A DNA stretch of 64,000 bases from the human T2T-CHM13v2.0 reference genome, Homo sapiens: assembly GCF_009914755.1 (NCBI RefSeq), contig NC_060929.1; one strand, 5' to 3'. The notes beneath the pieces are model-generated. The model saw nothing but the letters and a program-made list of their open reading frames with translations, ran no database searches and was not told the origin of the DNA. How positions within the stretch are numbered: position 1 is the first letter of the stretch; every line of letters begins with the position of its first letter. Both the position numbers and the translations under genes were made by a program. Below are positions 42,140 through 56,625 of this stretch, piece after piece.

Positions 42140-42620
42140 ATTTTAATTATGAGTAAGAATAATGGCATAAAGACCTCCAAAGGACTTAAGCAAAAAGAGG
42201 ATTTATTGGGCTCACATGATGAGAAGTCCAGAGATGGGTAGGCATCAGTGCTGGCTTAATCCAGGGGCTCTTGCCCCATTTTCCTAAGATGTTCTTGGCT
42301 CTGCTGGCTTCTTCTTCCTGGGCTTGTAGCAATGTCTAGAGAAAGAGTTCAAGGGTTGTTTCTTCAAGCTTGAGAAGCCCTCAGAAAATCTTTTCTCATG
42401 TCTCCTAGGTCCAAGTTCAGTCATATGCTCATCTGGAACCAATTACTGGGAAGGCATTGGAATGGCATTACCTTTGGAACATTCTGGAACTGGGAATGAG
42501 ATTAGTTTTCCCATATGGGCTGCATGGAGGAGGATGTTTCCCTGAAGGAAATAAGGGTTTGGTTGGGGAAAAAGAAGATAAAAAGGGGAACCTGGATAAT
42601 TAAGGCTGCGGAAGAGCAAA
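42140..42620 (-). mobile_element. MLT1J/K/L-type old MaLR LTR
   Basis: gacttaagcaaaaagaggatttattgggctcacatgatgagaagtccaga...ggaaccaattactgggaagg. Confidence 0.55.
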
Positions 42621-42684
42621 GTCCCTTTGCTCTTCTGACTCCAAAAAGCTCCCATATTATCTATGTAACTGATGGCTTATAATT

Positions 42685-43655
42685 TTTATTCATTCAACAA
42701 ACATTTATTGAGCCGTTAAATATGTGCTGAGTACAATGCCAAATGCTAGAGATACAAAGAATAATGAAAATATTGTCTTATTCCCTCGGGGATTTTACAG
42801 TCTAGTGGAGGAGACATATCGGTGAAAAGATTATTATGAAAAATATATGAGACAGTTGTTGGATAGAGATAAAGTGAAGTGTTATGAAAACTCAGAGGAA
42901 GAAGCAACTAAATCCATGGGTAAGGGGGCTGAGGAGCAGAGGTCTGGGAAGATGGGGGAGGCCATTCCAGTCAGAGGGAACAGCATGTGCAAGGGCACAG
43001 AGGCATGGAAGAGGGTGGAATGTTCCAAAAAATAGGACTACCTGTGTGAGCATGACACAAGGTGAGCATGTGGGGAATGGTGAGAGATGAACCCTAGGAT
43101 CCAGGTTATAAAGAGACTTGGACTTCATCCTGTACATGATGGGGAGGGGAAACTTAGCAGGTAGGGGGCCACAGAATAGGACTAGAAAGCGTGTTGTGGT
43201 TTCGGTGTGGACAATGAATTGTGGGAGGTAAGCCTGAAAGCAGGGAGATTATTTCAATGTCCAAGTGAGAAATAAGAGGCAGTGAGAAGCTGAACTGAGG
43301 GACAGAGGGACTGGAGCAGAGGGGACAAATCCAAGGGAAATTTAATGGGAAGAACCAGCTGGTCCTGGTAACTGCCTGAATCAGGGGAGAAGGAGGAGGT
43401 TGGGAGGGAGTTGAGAGAGAAGAAGGAATGACGTGAGTCCGGAATGCCTGCTTGAGTGGCCAGATGGTGATGGTGTTGGTAACTGAGGTGGGGACCCCAG
43501 GAGGAGGAGGAACAGGTCTGGGGGAAGAAGATGTGTTCAGCTGTGGACAATTGAGGACAAAATGCTGCAGCCATTGGTAGTCCTGGATGCCTCTAGGTGG
43601 CAGTTCAAGTGGCATCCAGAACTACCAGTCTGGAGATCAGGAGAGAGCTCTGGTA
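42685..43655 (-). mobile_element. L2 LINE 3' portion
   Basis: ttattcattcaacaaacatttattgag...ttacagtctagtggaggagaca...gggaacagcatgtgcaagggcacagagg...gtctggagatcaggagagag. Confidence 0.88.
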
Positions 43656-44230
43656 GCAAGCAGGGCAGGGTGGGATATTTGAAATAGAGGGCCAGGAAAG
43701 GCCATTATAAAAAGGGAACATTCAAACAGACACTTGAATGAAATTATGAAGCAAGCCATGCAAATATTTCACACAGGTAGCTAGCCAGCTCTCCAAGCTG
43801 CTCTTCCTAACGGCATTAGAGCCATGGAACGGAGTGTTGGTGGAAAGATGCTCACTGACCAGTAAAGGCATATCCTCCTCTCTCCTCCTCCAGGTCAATG
43901 GGGCAGGAGGCTGTTCATCTGTGAACTCCAGAGAGGCTACTGGCCTTGCTGTTGAGTGTGCGGAGGACTACAGGATTCCTCAGACTCCATCTATGCCCTC
44001 TTCTTCCCCCTTCCCGCCCCTGATTTTTGAATCCGGCATTAGAACCTCCCAGGGCTTCCCTTTAGGTCTTGACTGTAGCCTGTATCTAGCTGCAATGAGC
44101 TCCTCTTGGTGCAGATACTGCTTCTGAGCACTAGAGGGCTCTCCTGAGGCCCCATCAGCCTGGATGAGATCCAGGAAAACGTGTCCTCTGAGGATGGTTT
44201 CTTGTAGGATTGTGGTACAATGGATTAAAG

Positions 44231-44444
44231 CAGGGGTGTCCACTCTTTTGGCTACCCTGGACCACATTGGAAGAAGAATAGTCTTGGGCCACACATAAAA
44301 TAGCTAACGCTAACGATAGCCAATGAGCTAAAAAAAATTGCAAAAAAATCTCATAATGTTTTGAATTTGTGTTATCTCATAGGTTTATGAATTTGTGTTG
44401 GGCTGCATTCAAAGCCGTCCTGGGCCGCGGGTTGGACAAGCTTG
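44231..44444 (+). mobile_element. MER30 hAT-Charlie MITE
   Basis: caggggtgtcca...gggttggacaagcttg with an 8-bp TSD gattaaag / tattaaag. Confidence 0.9.
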
Positions 44445-46229
44445 TATTAAAGCATCATACAGCTTATGCAAGCTCAAATTATATTCTAATGTGGGCTTCA
44501 AAACCACCTTATCTGGTAAATGCAATGACTAAGACAAGAAACTCTCACGAAAGTCTTATTTCTTTTGTTGAATGAATGAATGATGAGTACTTTTGCAAAA
44601 TTCCAGGAGAATTTCCAAAAAGGGATGTGAATAGGAAGTAAAGCAATTGCTGTTTTCCTATACTCAAGGCAAGCCCCAGCTGAGTGTTATTCCCTGATGA
44701 CCCTTCCAGCTGTTACTACTGATTTGGGCGGAGACTTTTACTGGCTTCCTGATAACAAAGCCCTCATAGGAGGGAATCTCTCAACAGCAGAAGGCTGTGG
44801 CTACTGGAACGCTGAGTTCTCTCAGACACATTGAAAAAGTATTGTCTTGCTACAGTGAAGCCTTACCGTCATGGAATACACTAGACCGGTAAGATGGAGT
44901 TTATGCTAGCCAGGTCTGAATGGTACAGTACTAAAGAACAGCAAATTCATTAGGTAAAAAGGGAGAATGTCTACCTTTTTTGGATAAAAAGCATTTAAAA
45001 AATCTTATTATTTCAAAAGGGAACATGCTGTTTGTTCTTCAACGAGGTTATTCTTTAGTGTCATACCGTCTGCTAGGTTAGGTCTATACCAGGCAATACA
45101 TCTTAGATTTTTGACCCACAAATGCCATATTCTTGCCGCTACAATTATCTACCGTGTCTAAAGGAAGTAGGTTTATGGTAAGCACCAATTTAAATAAAAA
45201 TGAAAAATACAGCAGGCCTGAAGATATTCTGTTTTTTTTCTGTTAGTGCTGCTACCATATTCTGCGTTGGATGTGAGTTCTCAAGTTCTGGTCCATGGGG
45301 AATGGGCAAGTGAAGATGAGAATTGCAAAAAACTATACTCCGACCAATAGGCAAGTTTGGTGAATTCATTGTTTTGCCATCCTGAAAATAGTAGCCATGA
45401 AGGCTTTCATATCTGCCACCACTAGATGTCACTAGATATCAAGCTTCTTAGAACAACTGCGTTACAGGCTTGAACAACTGCTCCCCTCATTCTATTAATA
45501 CAGTATTTTAAAACTGTATCTGTACTGTATACATTTTCCACATTGAATCTTGTGCATTTAATGTGACATTCATTCCTAGGAACCGAGCTTCATTCTGACC
45601 ATAAGGCAGCTTACTTTTTGGATAGGAATAACTCCTCTAGCCTCTCCTTTATATGGCAAGTGAATTCAGATTTCCTTTGCTGTTAAAATATCCTGGTAAA
45701 GATGTGCATGATTCTGTTTTCACGTTGGCAAAATACTTGTCCTCTGATGGGTTTTGGCTGACTCAGTGCAACGTGACAAAAGTAGAAGCTTGATTGCCTT
45801 GCTTATGATTTAGGCTCCTCAGACAGTGTGATGCTTTCATAGAGGTCATTTTAGCCATCTGGGGCCTTCAGACAGGGCCACCATGTAAACCATCTGGGAC
45901 GGGTGAAGAGCCTGTACTGGTTTAGAGACCTCTATAGAAAAGGTCTTTGCTAAAACAAAACCCTTTTCTTTGAAGCCCCTTAATCCCTTTATCTTTCTGC
46001 AGGCTTTCTTGTCATATTTTCTATGACAGCTCTCAGGGGACCAAAGCCAGCAGAATTTTCTCTGCCTTGGGAATATCTATCTCCATCAGTAATTCAGACA
46101 GTAGGAAGGAGAACTTGTCGTGTGTTCCCAAAGGGGCCCTTCAATTGTGCATTTGATGTTGACAACTTTCTTTGTCATGAAGAATGGAATTCAGGGCTGT
46201 GAGGATCCACAGTCTAATGCTAAAACTTT

Positions 46230-46460
46230 GGAGCTATATGAGGCTTCACAATTTCCAGAGCCCTTTCACATCTACCACCTCACTTTATTCTCACAACAAT
46301 CTATTAAGGGAGGCAGGGTGGGTATTTTTATTTCCATTTCACAGGAGAGGAAACAGCAGCTCAGAGAAGTTAAATGGCTTGCCTAAGGGTCCCTCAGCTA
46401 CAAAAGGTGGTGTCATGACCCCCCCTTGCATCTCCAGGCTCCCGGGCCTTGAGACCTCCC
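46230..46460 (-). mobile_element. MIR SINE
   Basis: ttctcacaacaatc...ccatttcacaggagaggaaacagcagctcagagaagttaaatggcttgcctaagg. Confidence 0.75.
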
Positions 46461-47383
46461 TCCCGCCATGACACCAAGCTGCTTCCTGTGGTGGAATTGT
46501 TAAGGGCCACAAGAAGTGGGCCTCTAGCAAGACTGCTTCCTCAAAGCTGGCAAAGGATCAGAAATCTGGGGTGGGAGAATTCAGAGCAAGAGCAGAGGAG
46601 TCCCTGGTCTCTCTGCTGCCAACTGCGCACCTTCTCAAGGTATCCAACCAAGGCAGACTAAATGATTCGGATAATTGCTTGAATGGCACTGCTTGCTGAA
46701 ACTGTTATTTAAAAGATGTGAAAAAGATGGAAAGTACAGAGGAAGCCTATACAAATACCTCAACAATTGCAAGGCATTTTGGGTAGAAAAAGTGTTCAAG
46801 ATATAAAGCTTGTTTCATTCAAAAAAGAATAATTGAGAAGGAGAATTTGAATATTGTTGTCAAGTCAAAACCCAGAACTTATCCTGGCCTTGGAGTGTAA
46901 GAGAAGATGGACAGGATGGAGTAGACTGAGGCAATGGGAACAACAGTACCAGGTGGGATGAATTGACTGCCTTCCCCAACCCTGAGAGTCAGGAATGGGT
47001 GGGGGAGAGTGCTGGGAGAATTCTTTTGTCAATATCAGGAGCTACTGTTTGACTGAACTGTATCTATAAAGCATTTTGCTAACCTGATGAAAACCACTAG
47101 CTAATCACTAAAATAACCTGTTAATCTGTTGAGTGGGATCCCTTTCCTGATGAATAGAGACTTTGAAAAATACTGCTTAATCAATGATGACGACTGAGCT
47201 AATTTTCCACCGCAGCCAGTATTTGACTGGATGGAGCTAAAATTTCCTACTTACCAGCCATGGCTGTTGGAAGTAAAGGCACCTGTCTGGTGTTATTTCT
47301 GAAAGAGGCCCTACCAGCAAAATCCGTGTTTGTGAACTCCTAGGTTCGTTTTGCAAGACTAGCCCTTCAGTTCTCATTAGAGC

Positions 47384-49642
<2,259 letters not shown>

Positions 49643-49879
49643 CGCTGGGTGAGCTGCTTTAGAGGACGCCCTCCTCACAGGTGTGGGTAACAGAGAAGCC
49701 CAGTTAGCATGGCTTTCCACTCTAGTTTTCTGTTTCCATGAAAGAAGCTTATGCATATAACTTAGTGCAAACATCTACTAATCAATAATTATTTTATTTA
49801 AGAGCTAAATCACATTTTAGCCCCAAATTGAAATATTTACCATCACTAGATAGAATTTGCACCACAATTTAATCCAATG

Positions 49880-50060
49880 TTTCTCACTGTGTTTTTTGAC
49901 TATTCCTATAAGAATCCTATCAGAATCTGAATGCTTATTAACATGCAGATTTCTGACCCCCATTCCAGACCTACTGAATCAAGTACCTGGATGGAAGCCC
50001 AGGAATCTGCATTATAGCAGTTGTTCCAGGAGAGTCAACAGTAATGCTTAACTGGTTTTC
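49880..50060. mobile_element. MER5B-like MITE remnant
   Basis: aacatgcagatttctgacccccattccagacctactgaatc...cccaggaatctgcatt. Confidence 0.6.
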
Positions 50061-51482
50061 AGTTAATATTAACCCTGTTTGTCCTGAGGACAATAGTAAA
50101 TCTTAGTTCTTTTAGTGTTTTCTTTTGTTTTTGCAATTACAAGACTTCTAGCTCTGTGGTCTCCACCATTTCTCCATCAGAACCATATCCTTTTTTTTTT
50201 TCCGTATAGACTGTTGACTACCGAGAGGGTGGCCTGATTTTAACCTTTCTGGCATCCTTAACCAACTAAAATGTCCCTTGTATCTTCTCTCAATTCTGTC
50301 ACAAAGCAGAAAAAAAAAGAAAAATGAAGTAGCAGCATGATATCACTGATCTGCTTAAGAACCCCATGATTGTCTATTTTCAATTAGCAGTTTCCCTGCC
50401 AGCTGGCCTCTAAGTCTCTCCAAGCTTGCCCTGGTAGCAGGTATCCAGCTGCTTAGTGTTTGCTGATTTATTTGCATAAAATTTTCCCTTAATAACTGTC
50501 TCTCCCAGGATCAAACACCTCTGCTTTTGGCACAGTTTTCTCTCAAGAGTTTGGAGTTACCAAGCCAAGCTCTATCCATGATGATGAAAACCTATCATTA
50601 GAGAGCATGATGTAATTGTGAAGTAGCTGTAAAATGGTTTCTCCATGCATATGAAATATTTCAGATTCCTGCTTTACTATTGTCCCTCTCCTGGTTCTGG
50701 CCTAACAGTAAAAAGATTCTGGGTGCCTTCCTCATAATTCTACTATTATATCTTCTTAAAATCAAGTTGCCTTAAATCCAACTCCCAGCCACACTGAAGG
50801 ATCAATGTGATGACTTTTGAGTGAAAAGACCAGATTGAGCATATGCTAAGAGACCATGTTTCCATGCCAAACACATAGAAATGCCAGAAATATTAATAAA
50901 TTATTCAAAGTCAAATTAAAAAGAACCAAGTTGAAATCTTAAAAATGAGAAATAGTCATTGAAATAAAAAGCTCAGTAGATGGGTTACAGTATAGGTTAG
51001 ACACAGATAAAGAGAGAATTAATGATTTGAAAGATGGAACTGACACAGTTTTTCATATGTAGTATAGAGAGATCAAGAGATAGAAATATGGCAGAAATCA
51101 GGAGTCATGGAGGATAGAATGAGAAACTCCAATGTATATCTAATAGAAACTCTAGGAGCAAAGAGCAGAGCTCTGTAAGGAAAGAATAGCGATAATGATA
51201 AAAAGCCAAGATTCAAAGACACAGTGGCTGAGTATTGTCTAAATATGGAGACATGGGTTTCTAGAAAGAAAAATTCAGAATGTCAAGAAGGATTGAAAGA
51301 GAAAAAAAAATCTTTTGGTGAGTTCCATTGTGGTAGAACAGCAGAATATAAAATCCTAAAATCCACCAGAGTTAGCTGTGAGCCAACAGCAATCAGACTG
51401 ACAGCAGAGTTTTCACTGGTAATTGTCAGAAGACAATAGATACCACTCTGAAACACTCTAATCCTAGAATTTCATATTCAGT

Positions 51483-52258
51483 TGTTAGGAACCAACCTAA
51501 GCCTAGTCAATCACTGCCTTATTTTTTGGGTAAATTTTGGTGGCCTCCAGTGATTAGTAGTAAGTGAGATTTCCTTCTGCACAATCTTGCCACCAGGTAG
51601 GATATTTATAATGAAAGCAAGTATCAGGGTGAATTCTACCATGGTCACAAGCATTTTTTGGTAAGCAGGCACAAGTAATAGTCATGCTTGTTCTTATAAG
51701 GTCAATTAAATTATATTTCTTCATTCTTTAGGCATTTCTACTAATGCCTTGCATAAAAGACTCTCTAGAGGCAGATGTGATAATATTCTAGAAGCAGAAT
51801 CAGCTCACTTTCCTGTTGGAAATTAACAGAGTCCTCTGTGAAATGGTAGAACACAGGTAGAAAGCAAGTCCATTGCTTGCAGGGAGTTGAGCTGCTGGGT
51901 GGACCTAATATTACACCCTGTTCATGCAGAAGTGAAGGAGGTACCTGTACAATATTCCTAACCAATCTGCATAGCTTGACCACCAATTATTTCAACAATT
52001 AAAAAATATTTCTAAATCATCATGCCAATTAATGCTCTCCTGTGGTTTTAGACAGCAGTATTTACTAGGCTTGAAGAAGTTGCCTCTGAGGAGTCTAATC
52101 TTGAATGGGATCTTTCAATTCTAATTAACCAACCTTGGAGTGTTTATCATTGATTAGGTACTTCCAATCTTTACCAACCACAACTAGCATATATTCAGAA
52201 ATATATGTCATGCTACTTCTTCTGAAATATTTTAAAACAAACTGTAGACTATATAACA
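51483..52258. mobile_element. Probable solo LTR of unassigned family, inserted in the old L1
   Basis: TGTTA...TAACA inverted termini, a degenerate 5-bp TSD tcagt / ccagc, and host L1 sequence resuming on the other side. Confidence 0.5.
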
Positions 52259-52759
52259 CCAGCTGGATGATATTTTAAAAGTGAGGGAAAAATGAAGATA
52301 TTTTAGATATGAAAGAACTTGAAGAGTTTACCACTCACAGATAGAAATAATAAAGGATGTTGTAAAGCTGGAATAAAAATGGACCAAAAGAAAGGTATGG
52401 GATGCAAGAAGCAAACAATAACTTATTTATATGTTTAAAAGCAAAATATAACTAAAATTCTGACATAAAAATAACAAAGGTTCATTTGGGAAGGGAGTTA
52501 AAGCAAGCTAAAGTTTAGGAGATACATACAGATACCAAATAACTTTAGACTCAGTTACAAAAATATAGTTAAGTATGTATTTTAAAATCTAAAGAGTAAC
52601 CACTAAAAGAATGTACATAGAAAGTGAAACTTTTATTTATAATTTAAATTAAAAAAATTAAATTGCAAGTTTTATTACTTCAATAACAACAAATAGATTT
52701 AACAAAATAGATTTAATTTTACTAAGGAACAATTCACCCACCTATTTATTATGCCATAA

Positions 52760-54527
52760 TAAACTTTTATTTTAGACTCAGGGACTGTATATGCAGGTTT
52801 GTTACCTGAATATATTGCATGATGCTGAGGTTTGGGGTATGAATGATCCTGTCACCCAGGTACTGAGCTTGTTACCCAACAGTTAGTTTTTTGATCCTTC
52901 CTCCTCCCCCAGTAATCCTTAGTTTCTATTGTTGTCATCTTTATGTCCCTGAGCACCCAATGTTTAGCTCCCACTTAAAAGTGAGAATATGTAGTATTTG
53001 GTTTTCTGTTTCTGTGTCAATTTGCTTAGGATAATGACCTCCACATGCATCCATGTTACTGCAAAGGACATGATTTTATTCTTTTTTTGGCTGCATAGTA
53101 TTCCTAGTGTATATGTACTGCATTTTATTTATCTAATTCACCATTGATGGGCACCTACATTGATTTCATGTCCTTGCTATTGTGAATAGTGCTGTGATAA
53201 ACATACAAGTGCATATGTCTTTTTGGTAGAGTGATTTGTTTGTTTCCTTTTGGATATATACCCAGTAATGGTATTTGCTGAGTTGAATGGTAGTTCTGTT
53301 TTAAATTCTTTGAGAAATCTCCAAACTGCTTTCCACAGTGTCTGTACTAATTTACATTCCCACTAGCAGTGAATAAGCATTCCCTTTTCTCCACAGCCTT
53401 GCTGGCATCTGTTATTTTTTGACTTTTTGACAAAAGTTATTCTCACTGGTGTGAGATGGTATCTCATTGTGGTTTTGATTTACATTTCTTTGATGATTAG
53501 TGAGGTGAAGCATTTTTTCATATGTTTGTTGCCTGCATGTATGTTGTCTTTGAGAAGTGTCTGTTCATACCTTTTGCCCATTTTTAAATGGGGTTATTTG
53601 TTTTCTGCTTGTTGAGTTATTTACATTCTTTATAGATTCTGGATGTTAGACCTTTGTTGGTTGATGCATAGATGGTGAATATTTTCTCCCATTCTGTAGT
53701 ATGTCTGCTTACTTTGTGGATAGTTTTTTTTTGCTGTGCAGATGCTCTTTACTTTAATTAGGTCCTACTTGTTAATTTTTGTTCTTGTCACAATTGCTTT
53801 TTAGAGCTTAGTCATAAATTCTTTCCCAAGGCCAATGTTCAGAATGGTGTTTTCTAGGTTTTCTTCTATGATCTTTATAGTTTGAGGTCTTACATTTTTA
53901 TCTTTAATCCATCTTGAGTTAATTTTTGTATATGGTGACAGGTGGGGGTCCAGTTTCATTCTTCTGCATATGGCTAGCCAAGTATACTAGCACCATTTAT
54001 TAAATAGGAAGTCCTTTCCCATTGCTTTTTTTTTTTTTTGACCCAATCTTGCTCTGTTGCCCAGGCTGGAGTGTAGTAGCATGATCTCAGTTCACTGCAG
54101 CCTCCGCCTCCTAGGTACCAGTGATTCTCCTGCCTCAGCTGGGATTACAGGCATGCGCCACCATGCCTGGCAAATTTTTGTATTTTTAGTAGAGACAAGA
54201 TTTCACCATGTTGGGCAGGCTGGTCTCGAACTCCTGACCTCAGGAGTAAGTGCTAGGATTACAGGCATGAGCCACTGCACCCAACCCCATTTTTTTTTAT
54301 TTTTGTCAACTTTGTCAAAGAAAGATCAGATGGCTGTAGTGTGTGCCTTTATTTCTGGGTTCTCTGTTCCGTTCCATTGATTTATGTGTCTGTTTTTGCA
54401 TCAGTACCATGTTTGGTTACTTATGGTATAGTTTGATGTCAGGTAATATGATGCTTCCAGCTTTGTTCTTTCTGCTTAGGATTACTTTGACTATTCAGGG
54501 TCTTTTTTGATTCCCTATGAATTTTAG

Positions 54528-54567
<40 letters not shown>

Positions 54568-54912
54568 TTCTGTGAAAACAACGTTGGTAATTTGATAAGA
54601 ATAGTATTCAGTCTGTAGATTGCTTTGGGCAGTATGGCCATTTTAGTGATATTGATTCTCCCAATCCATGCACATGGAATGTTTTTCCATTTGTTTGTGT
54701 CACTATGATTTCTTTCAGCAGTGTTTTGTAGTTCTCCTTGTAGAGCTCTTTTACCAATTTGGTTAGATGTATTCCTAGGTGTTTTATTTTTCTGTGTGGC
54801 AATTGTAAAGGGGATTGTGTTCTTTATTTGGCTCTCAGCTTGAACATTATAGGTGTATAGAAATGCTACTAATATTTGTACATTGATTTTGTATCCTGAA
54901 AGTTTACTGAAG
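52760..54912 (-). mobile_element. 5'-truncated older primate L1 (L1PA13-16-like) with a nested Alu
   Basis: 3'UTR aacttttattttagactcaggg...atgatgctgaggtttgggg. ORF2 remnants [26 protein letters not shown]. Confidence 0.93.
54025..54286 (-). mobile_element. AluS with two internal deletions
   Basis: Missing about 12 nt after gcctcagc and about 20 nt after gacctcagg. Flanked by cccatt...ttttt duplicates. Confidence 0.9.
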
Positions 54913-55614
54913 TAGAAAGTATAACTTTTAAATTGGGGTAGAAAATAAAGGATTATGAATGTAAAATTATAGAAGAAATGGACTGAAAGACACATACTAA
55001 ACTCAGGGCAGTGATTTTCTGGGAGTGAAAGCTTGGGGGTAAAAGTGAAAAAGGAGGGATGAGGCTCATGAATAGACAGCAAATAAAATTGTTAATTCTG
55101 CATCATGGTGATATGGAATTCCAAAATATTAATCTTTGCTATTTTTTTGCATTGTTCAAAAAAAAAAGAAGTCTTAAGGAAACCACATGTTACAACTGTG
55201 GATCAGTTTAAGTGCAGCAGCTTGGAGGAAATCAAAGGCTTGGATAAAAGGCACACGGAATGAGTGCCTTAAAAGCAAGAACCAACTGTTTCAGTTGTTA
55301 TATTAAGTAGATACTCAATAAACTCTTGCAGGTAGAGGTTGAACTCTGAACATGCATCTACTTTCTTCCTGGGACTCCCAACCCCTCCAAACAGCTATCT
55401 TTCTCTGAAGGGTCAAGATCTCTCTTGGGATTCTCTGTTGTTGATCTACCCCTTCTGAGGGCAAGCCCCAGTAGACACAAAAGTAATTATGGCACCCTGG
55501 CCTAACCTCAGAATGTCTAGCCTTTAGGTATTTTCAAGTCATTTGGGCTCGCTGAACCTTATAAACCTGTCTGTTGAAGACTATTGAATAAATTCCTGGG
55601 AATATTTGAGGGAG

Positions 55615-55776
55615 CAATTCCTCAGCACTGCTGGCCTATGCCTGGGATGAGAGTATGCATGCCTCAAAACAATTCCTCAGCACTGCTGGCCTATGCCTGG
55701 GATGAGAGTATGCATGCCTCAAAACAATTCCTCAGCACTGCTGGCCTATGCCTGGGATGAGAGTATGCATGCTTCA
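55615..55776. repeat. 55-bp tandem repeat, about 3 copies, nearly perfect
   Basis: Unit caattcctcagcactgctggcctatgcctgggatgagagtatgcatgcctcaaaa starts at 55615, 55670 and 55725. Confidence 0.97.
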
Positions 55777-56519
55777 CCTTCGCTACGTGGGGTGAGTTTC
55801 TTGCTCTACTGGGTATTTATGGCAGCCTTTCTTCTCTCTTTGTAGAATTGTTGTCATCCTTTCTCTACGACTCCAAGAGAAACTTTATACTGGAGGAAGA
55901 ATATTCTACCACTTTGGGATGCTTCCAAAGAAATGGGATACCAAAGGAGTGAACTTCAGGTCATTGGAAGTGGCCAAGCTGGAGGGTGACCTATGGAGAC
56001 ATGGTGAGACTGGAAGACCTCTTGGGTCCCTTGTACCTCTGAGATTCAAGGATTTTGGGATCATTGGTGCTAACCCCTAGAATCAGGTTAAACCCTAGAA
56101 AACATGCTTGGATAGGGGGCCTCTAAGCAACTAACAAATATTTCATGCAAAGAAGTAATGCTATTGGTAGAGATTCTGAGGTCAGATACCTTGTTAGATT
56201 AGCAAGGTATTTTCTAATGCTTCTGAGAGGCATCAATTACAGACAATCATAAATTTCATCTGTGAATAAATCTCTGATGCTGCTGCTTCCCCTGCAGTGC
56301 AGAACTGACCAGGGGCTCCTCTGATGGAAAGCTATTTGCTTTGCAGTTAGCAAAGGGAATGAAATTCTTTTTGAATTCTTTGATGGCATATCCAGAAATT
56401 AAACTTATTCTACTGTCCCTTGAAATGTAAAGTCACATGGCATCCATTTGGTATTTAGTGCATGCAATCTTGCTTGATGAGTTGTTGTTAGGTGCACAGG
56501 TTTTGTTTCCTCAATTCAT

Positions 56520-56625
56520 GTATTACCTTCCAGAGGGAGGAGCTGTGTCTTACACTTTGTATCACTCACAGTGTCTAGCAGCATATTCTATACATATTGG
56601 TGCTCAATGATTGTTTATTAAATCA
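56520..56625 (+). mobile_element. L2 3' end fragment
   Basis: tttgtatcactcacagtgtctagcagc...ggtgctcaatgattgtttatt. Confidence 0.6.

Larger units (their letters stand above)
50880..55130 (+). mobile_element. Old L1M ORF1-region remnant hosting later insertions (pieces at about 50880-51482, 52259-52635 and 54913-55130)
   Basis: gagagaattaatgatttgaaagatgg, caatcagactgacagcagag, cctagaatttcatattcag, gagtttaccactcacag resemble old L1 ORF1. Confidence 0.65.

Noticed and set aside
55615-55776. CRISPR-like array
   Set aside because: The units are contiguous identical repeats with no unique spacers, there are no cas genes, and the context is eukaryotic.
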